Notes under the pieces: generated by a model
Database searches by the model: none
Seen by the model: the letters and a program-made list of their open reading frames with translations, nothing else
Told to the model about the DNA's origin: nothing
Part shown: positions 15,366-20,000 of the stretch, piece by piece
Layout: each line of letters starts with the position of its first letter
Numbering within the stretch: the first letter of the stretch is position 1
Program-made: the position numbers and the translations under genes
Source: an uncultured virus (IMG/VR IMGVR_UViG_3300046832_003565)
Taxonomy: Duplodnaviria; Heunggongvirae; Uroviricota; Caudoviricetes
Direction: 5' to 3' (one strand)
Length of the DNA stretch: 20,000 nucleotides
Virus record (IMG/VR): IMGVR_UViG_3300046832_003565

Positions 15366-15646
15366 CTCCAACTGCTGGGATCGAACCAGCGACCGATCGG
15401 TTACTTACTACTATAGTTTTCACTACCAGATAATCTGTTTGTAGTCTGGACTATACCATCATCCTTAGCATTACCTAGTAGGATGTCGTCATTATAGTCT
15501 CTGCACCTTCCCTTACGGGCTTGGCTCAGTGTTGACATATCTTTCGACTTAGTTTTCACTGAATTTCGACAATTTTCTATACTAAATTACTTTAATAAGC
15601 TGCTATCTGTTTACAGCCGATTGCTCTACCGCTGAGCTAAGTTGGA
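15366..15646 (-). tRNA. trnN: tRNA-Asn(GTT), split by a group I intron (5' exon 15646-15613, 3' exon 15403-15366)
   Basis: Joined exons give a 72-nt cloverleaf: TCCAACT/AGTTGGA acceptor, G discriminator, ATCGG-CTGT^TAA-CCGAT anticodon arm, GCTGG-TTCGATC-CCAGC T arm. Confidence 0.92.
15404..15612 (-). ncRNA. Group I self-splicing intron (209 nt, no ORF, IC3-like)
   Basis: 5' exon ends in U and intron ends in G; P1 pairs exon GCUGU with intron GCAGC giving a U.G at the splice site; P4 UUCAGUG/CACUGAG; P3 UGUCG/CGACA; R GCAGAGACUAUA and S GGUAUAGUCC form P7; GAAA-capped stem near the 3' end. Confidence 0.92.
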
Positions 15647-15650
15647 TCAA

Positions 15651-15724
15651 GTGCGGGAGGGGGATTTGAACCCCCGACCTGTAATTTATGAGACTACCGA
15701 GCTACCAAACTGCTCCATCCCGCG
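15651..15724 (-). tRNA. trnM: tRNA-Met(CAT), initiator-like but atypical
   Basis: CGCGGGA/TCCCGCA acceptor with C1.A72 mismatch, GAGC/GCTC D stem, TTCAAAT T loop, anticodon arm GTAGT-CTCATAA-ATTAC; 4 nt upstream of tRNA-Asn. Confidence 0.9.
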
Positions 15725-15747
15725 CTACAATTTATTATACCACAAAA

Positions 15748-15837
15748 CTAATCACATGCAACCTTTAGAATTGTAATAATTGCAAATGCAACTACGAAAC
15801 TAAAAATGAAATTTACTACCTTAGATTGGTTTTTCAT
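15748..15837 (-). CDS. Putative 29-aa membrane peptide (MKNQSKVVNFIFSFVVAFAIITILKVACD)
   Basis: Hand-translated; single hydrophobic helix; ATG lies 6 nt after the -10 of a near-consensus promoter. Confidence 0.5.
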   Translation of the reverse strand: MKNQSKVVNFIFSFVVAFAIITILKVACD

Positions 15838-15843
15838 AGTATT

Positions 15844-15873
15844 ATTTTACCTTTGGATTCTTGATATTGTCAA
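15844..15873 (-). promoter_or_regulatory. Sigma70-type promoter, probably giving a leaderless transcript
   Basis: TTGACA (15873-15868), 18-nt spacer, TAAAAT (15849-15844), then 6 nt and ATG. Confidence 0.6.
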
Positions 15874-15909
15874 CAATTAAGTTGATATGTAGGTCTAGAA
15901 GTGTTATTT

Positions 15910-16149
15910 TCATCTGCTCATCATTCTTTCTATTGCCAAATCTTTTTTAGATTTAGGCTGATAATAATTTTTTTTAGAAATATCTGCCATCATGTGTATA
16001 GCAGCAGTGCATACTTGTTGTTGATTTTGATATTTTCTTTCAAGTTCTTTTTGATCAACTTGCTCTACAGGCTTCAAAGCATATCCAATGCTACCACTGA
16101 TTAACACCAACATTAAATAAAACACAATTTTTTCAAAGTTTAGTTTCAT
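15910..16149 (-). CDS. Small protein with N-terminal transmembrane/signal helix (79 aa, MKLNFEKIVFYLMLVLISGSIGYAL...)
   Basis: Start moved from 16221 to ATG 16149, which has a GGGGAGG Shine-Dalgarno; the longer start would run through a terminator hairpin. Confidence 0.7.
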   Translation of the reverse strand: MKLNFEKIVFYLMLVLISGSIGYALKPVEQVDQKELERKYQNQQQVCTAAIHMMADISKKNYYQPKSKKDLAIERMMSR

Positions 16150-16165
16150 AAGTACCTCCCCAAAT

Positions 16166-16195
16166 AAAAAAACCCTATTCAATAAAGAATAGGGC
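16166..16195 (-). terminator. Intrinsic terminator downstream of the methyltransferase
   Basis: Minus strand CCCTATTC-tttatt-GAATAGGG followed by T7. Confidence 0.75.
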
Positions 16196-16247
16196 TTCGA
16201 TGCTCTAACTATATAATACAATATAACTTTGAAATTTCCTATTAAGA

Positions 16248-17006
16248 TTACTTAACATTAAATGCTTTACCAGTGAGTGTTGTGAATCTTGCTATGGATT
16301 TTTCATAATATTCATCATCCATTTCACAGCCTTTAAATACTCTTTCTGTATTGTCACATGCAATCATTACAGAAGCAGAACCAGCAAAGAGATCTAAAAC
16401 CACATCACCAGTTTTTGTATATGCTTTGATTAATCTTTCTAAAATCTCTAATGGTTTTTGTGTTGGATGCCAGTTGCAATATTCTTTTGAAGTGGTGTGA
16501 TTATTTTTTTCCCAAACACAAGTTGGAATAGTGCCTTTATCATATTCTTCTCCTGTTCGGATATTAATCTTTTGCTTTCTTTCTTTTCTTACAGCATCTT
16601 CATTGAATAAGAAAGTTTTTTCTTTTGAGTAGCACCAAATATATTCATGTTTTCTGGCAAAATTAGTTTTGCTTCTTCCTCCCCAATTGTAAGACCATAT
16701 TATTTCATTTTGTGAATGGAAATCGGGAAGTTTGTCAAGAATTTCTAATTTGTATCTTAGAAAAGTGTTGTATTTCAAAGTACCAAATACACACATCATT
16801 TTGTTGGGCTTAAGCACCCTAGCACATTCTTTTGACCAAGATTCGCACCATATTAGATAGGTTTCATCTGAAGTCCATTGTTTATCCCATCCTTTGCCAC
16901 CATCATAGCCAATAAAATATGGTGGATCTGTGAGAATTAGATCAATAGAATTATCTGGTAATGTTTTAAGATATTCGAGACAATCAAGATTCTTATATTC
17001 GTGCAT
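16248..17006 (-). CDS. DNA amino-methyltransferase (N6-adenine/N4-cytosine, beta class), apparently orphan
   Basis: IDLILTDPPY catalytic motif first, then HPTQKP and the SAM-binding VLDLFAGSAS. Confidence 0.93.
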   Translation of the reverse strand: MHEYKNLDCLEYLKTLPDNSIDLILTDPPYFIGYDGGKGWDKQWTSDETYLIWCESWSKECARVLKPNKMMCVFGTLKYNTFLRYKLEILDKLPDFHSQNEIIWSYNWGGRSKTNFARKHEYIWCYSKEKTFLFNEDAVRKERKQKINIRTGEEYDKGTIPTCVWEKNNHTTSKEYCNWHPTQKPLEILERLIKAYTKTGDVVLDLFAGSASVMIACDNTERVFKGCEMDDEYYEKSIARFTTLTGKAFNVK

Positions 17007-17122
17007 AGCGAGATTATACCTTACAGATATAAAAAAATAAATAGATTCCCATCATGAAACTTCGGTAATATTCTAAAATTAAAATAAAAATTCTTTGGGG
17101 TTTTTGATGGTATAATTAAAAA

Positions 17123-17719
17123 ATGACTAATCCTGATTTTTTAAATTGGAAAGAGCTTTTTGTAAGTGAGAGCAACCGTATAGATCCTCAACCTGGGTAT
17201 CTAGGAAATTCTAGTGGCTGCCCCATGTACGAAAATCATATGAGCGCATTGAATTTTGCATTGTCTAGTGATTTTGAATTGAAAGAATCTACTCCTTTAG
17301 ATGTTCACAGGCTATTGACAAAGGGTATACCATTTTTTGAAGATTGCAATATGAGTGGGCAATATAGAACTACATCAGTTTGGATAGGCATAGATATGTG
17401 CCCTAAATTTGTTTTATTACCATCATTGATGACGCAATGGTATGAATGCACTAAAAAGTGGATGGATTCATGCCAGGATAAGAAATCTGCTTACAATATT
17501 GCTTGGGCATCTCATAACATGTTTGAAGTGGTACATCCTTTTATAGATGGCAATGGTCGCACTGGAAGATTGCTATTTAATAAAGTATTAGTTGAACTTG
17601 GATGTGACCCAGTGATATTTCAATTTGATGATAGATACGAATATTATGAATGCATACAAGAATTTAGAAATTCTTATTGGAACGGTATGCAATTTGATTT
17701 CACTTCTTTGAAATTATAA
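17123..17719 (+). CDS. Fic-domain protein (putative AMP transferase)
   Basis: Intact HPFIDGNGRTGR motif; FVSESNRID and GQYRT..VWIG segments are typical of Fic/Doc proteins. Confidence 0.93.
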   Translation: MTNPDFLNWKELFVSESNRIDPQPGYLGNSSGCPMYENHMSALNFALSSDFELKESTPLDVHRLLTKGIPFFEDCNMSGQYRTTSVWIGIDMCPKFVLLPSLMTQWYECTKKWMDSCQDKKSAYNIAWASHNMFEVVHPFIDGNGRTGRLLFNKVLVELGCDPVIFQFDDRYEYYECIQEFRNSYWNGMQFDFTSLKL

Positions 17720-18871
17720 TAGGAAATGCTTAAGATTTTCTATGGGAATAACATTTTCATAATCATTTTCATAAACACCTGGAATTAATTTTTCATCAAT
17801 TTTGCAAAATATTTTACATCTAGATAATTCAATAAAATTTATATTCCTATAATTTTTAAGCTCCTCAAAGTTCAATTTAGGATTGTAATCTATTTCGCTA
17901 ATTCTTGATTTTATTACCATTGGAATATCTGACAAATCATTGTTTGGTCCGATATAAAATCCATAGTCTGTTCCATATTTGTCATGAGCATATAAAAATG
18001 GTGCTTTGGGGTTTACATTTGTGTAATCAGGGAATCTTTGCCAGTAACCATATTTGATTTTTATATTATTTTCAAAAAATCCAATTGGAATATTTAGTGG
18101 TGGGAAAGTATTGTTGAAATAACCAACATGCCCATATCCATCATAATGTCTAAATTGTTCTTTGAGAGGATAATAACAAGTTGATTTGTATTTGTGACCT
18201 ATTGGACTGTTTGTAATTTCAGTGCTTACTTCATCAAATCTGTGTATTCTGACATCTTTTTCAAAATCAATTTCAAATATTGTAGTTTTTAATCTTGCAA
18301 CTTTAAACATTTGAAATGAAAAATCATTGCTTAAATGTTTCGCTTTCATAATGTTTGGATCATCAGTAGGTTCTGGATTATTCAACATCATAAATCTGCT
18401 GCATTCTGGATAATGTGAATATATGGAAAATGCCATTGGGTCAGGGTCATTTTTTAATTGTTTTTCAAGACCCTTCATTGTGTCCAGATTGCTATCTAAA
18501 AAAATGTGATCATCATTTCCTACAAAAAGAATTACTTCTTTTTCATCCTGGAATATCTGAGGATATATTTCTCTCCAATCAGCTATAGAATTGATTCTTC
18601 TAGCCCCTATAAAGACATTATCAATATTTTCTGCAAATAGATTTTTACAAAAAGATTTAAACTCATCTTTTCTGTCTTCAAAATCATCTTCAAGAGATGC
18701 AAATATATAAATTTTACTAAACAAACTACTTAATTCATTAAGACTTGCCAATGCATACTTAAATGTATCTAATCGATCATCTTCTGGCATCCAATCACAT
18801 TTTCTATAATTCCAACCCATAGATTTATGTATTCTAATGTTTGTGATTTTTACATTGACAAAAAGTATCAT
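17714..18871 (-). CDS. Hypothetical protein (~385 aa), possibly GT-A glycosyltransferase-like
   Basis: Long ORF; ILFVGNDDHIFLD resembles a DxD-type metal-binding strand. Start moved from TTG 18886 to ATG 18871, 6 nt after TATAAA. Confidence 0.55.
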   Translation of the reverse strand: MILFVNVKITNIRIHKSMGWNYRKCDWMPEDDRLDTFKYALASLNELSSLFSKIYIFASLEDDFEDRKDEFKSFCKNLFAENIDNVFIGARRINSIADWREIYPQIFQDEKEVILFVGNDDHIFLDSNLDTMKGLEKQLKNDPDPMAFSIYSHYPECSRFMMLNNPEPTDDPNIMKAKHLSNDFSFQMFKVARLKTTIFEIDFEKDVRIHRFDEVSTEITNSPIGHKYKSTCYYPLKEQFRHYDGYGHVGYFNNTFPPLNIPIGFFENNIKIKYGYWQRFPDYTNVNPKAPFLYAHDKYGTDYGFYIGPNNDLSDIPMVIKSRISEIDYNPKLNFEELKNYRNINFIELSRCKIFCKIDEKLIPGVYENDYENVIPIENLKHFLL

Positions 18872-18906
18872 AGAATTTTTATACAAAGACTCGGTAAAAT
18901 ATAAAT

Positions 18907-19167
18907 ATGACTACTTGGAGAAAATTATTAGAAGAAGAGTTTGAAATTCAAAATGAATTATGGAAAAACATTGCTATGATGGCTCCAGCTGATGGAAAAT
19001 GGTTAGATTATTATTTTGATAATGATTCTAATGTAAGTGAAGGTGTTCCATTCACAGTGTGGACAAAAAATAGAGTTTATTTTCCATTGTCATTTGAAGG
19101 ATCAGAATTTGTAGGTTCTGTTTCTAGAATTCCCAATGGTATTGCAACTGTTCATTTATCATATTAG
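18907..19167 (+). CDS. Hypothetical phage protein (86 aa)
   Basis: ORF track; EGVPFTVWTKNRVYFP...GSEFVGSVSRIP resembles a small phage protein family I recall, function unknown; TAAAAT 6 nt upstream of the ATG. Confidence 0.75.
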   Translation: MTTWRKLLEEEFEIQNELWKNIAMMAPADGKWLDYYFDNDSNVSEGVPFTVWTKNRVYFPLSFEGSEFVGSVSRIPNGIATVHLSY

Positions 19168-19218
19168 AAATATTGAGGTAAAAAATGTGTGTATTTGTAT
19201 TGGAAAAAATAAAATAAA

Positions 19219-19449
19219 ATGTTTTTATTTTCAAGAATATTAGTATTTTTAAAAGATGGTTATAAAATCCAGATGAGAACATGGACAAAGGATTATTATA
19301 TTTATTTAAAAGAAAACAGTCTTTATGATTCTTCGGGGAATTTATACTACCCTGATTTTAATGAATATCTTAAAAATAATCTTCATATACTGGATAACTC
19401 AGGACACACTTGGGAAGTTATTGATGATGATTTAGACTTGCATCTATAA
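19219..19449 (+). CDS. Small protein (76 aa), possibly a divergent DUF2829/Tad2-like protein
   Basis: FSRILVFLKDGYKIQMRTW...YIYL...WEVID echoes F..AL..LK.G.KV.R..W ... W. Confidence 0.5.
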   Translation: MFLFSRILVFLKDGYKIQMRTWTKDYYIYLKENSLYDSSGNLYYPDFNEYLKNNLHILDNSGHTWEVIDDDLDLHL

Positions 19450-19510
19450 GTATCTCAACCTTAAACCAAGAATAAAACAATAGCTATAGATTAAACCTGG
19501 GGGGGATTAA

Positions 19511-20000
19511 ATGAATAAAGCTATTGTTTTATCTGTGTTTTTATACACCATATGTTCTATGGTATATGGTCAAAAACCACCACAAGTGAAGAACTTTTCT
19601 TCGCAAGTGGAGCTGTGCTACTGTGTTGGTACTCCATCTAATTATCACGTCAAAATGAGATGGGATTTGATACCCAAATGTACTCGCTATTTTATATATA
19701 GAGTTGAGAAAGGTGTAAAGCCAAATTACAATCAACCTTATGCCAAACTTACAAATAATGAGAATATTTTCATTGATAGAAATGTCAAGTATCAGCAAAA
19801 ATGGGACTATTATGTTTGTGGTGTAGTGCCTAGTGGATACTTACAATTTTCAAATAAATCTACTGCGATTATCCCTTTATTAGATCTTAAGAATCCCGAA
19901 GCTCCCACTAACTTAAGAACATTTGGATTATGGAATAATGGTGCTTATGATCAATTGGTTTGGGACGCTAATTCTGATGCTGTATCTTATAATATTTATA
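19511..20000 (+). CDS. Secreted fibronectin type III-like repeat protein, truncated at the window end
   Basis: Hand-translated open frame MNKAIVLSVFLYTICSMVYGQKPP... with signal-peptide-like start and G-rich Shine-Dalgarno; FN3-like elements (MRWD...YFIYR...FIDRNV...YYV; PEAPTNL...LVWD...VSYNIY); missing from the ORF track because there is no stop in the window. Confidence 0.75.
   Translation, partial: MNKAIVLSVFLYTICSMVYGQKPPQVKNFSSQVELCYCVGTPSNYHVKMRWDLIPKCTRYFIYRVEKGVKPNYNQPYAKLTNNENIFIDRNVKYQQKWDYYVCGVVPSGYLQFSNKSTAIIPLLDLKNPEAPTNLRTFGLWNNGAYDQLVWDANSDAVSYNIY

Noticed and set aside
15366..15646. Two tRNA half-pseudogenes or an integration scar
   Set aside because: The intervening sequence has a full group I core and precise splice boundaries that restore a perfect tRNA-Asn
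15901..16104. 67-aa plus-strand ORF
   Set aside because: Shadow of the minus-strand gene that has a strong SD
19541..19798. 85-aa minus-strand ORF
   Set aside because: Shadow of the longer plus-strand FN3-like frame starting at 19511
1..20000. Stop-codon reassignment, as seen in some large phages
   Set aside because: Long genes are intact and tightly packed under the standard code, TAG appears to end small genes (e.g. 11983, 19167), and no suppressor tRNA is present

Overview
AT-rich, densely coding window that reads as part of a large (probably jumbo) bacteriophage genome in the standard genetic code. The left half (72-10597) holds eight otherwise diverse proteins that all begin M-W-Y-[K/R], seven of them followed by hydrophobic-[A/S]: a GH108-type lysozyme, an M23 peptidase, two PcfJ-like paralogs, two GNAT-like proteins, an ART-like protein and a 784-aa protein. 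A RusA-like resolvase and one hypothetical gene lie among them. The shared N-terminal tag is the most striking signal and may be a virion-packaging or processing signal for a set of injected effectors (inference). The right half has six minus-strand tRNA genes without encoded CCA: Arg-TCT, Thr-TGT, Gln-TTG, Glu-TTC, Asn-GTT split by a 209-nt group I intron inside the anticodon, and an atypical initiator-like Met-CAT. It also encodes a free-standing HNH endonuclease next to the intron-containing tRNA, a glycosyltransferase with a SEC-C-like tail, a DNA amino-methyltransferase, a Fic protein, DUF2829/Tad2-like small proteins, several small membrane proteins and a truncated secreted FN3-like protein. 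Many genes appear to be leaderless, with a -10 box 5-6 nt before the ATG. All family calls come from motif recognition by eye; no database search was run.
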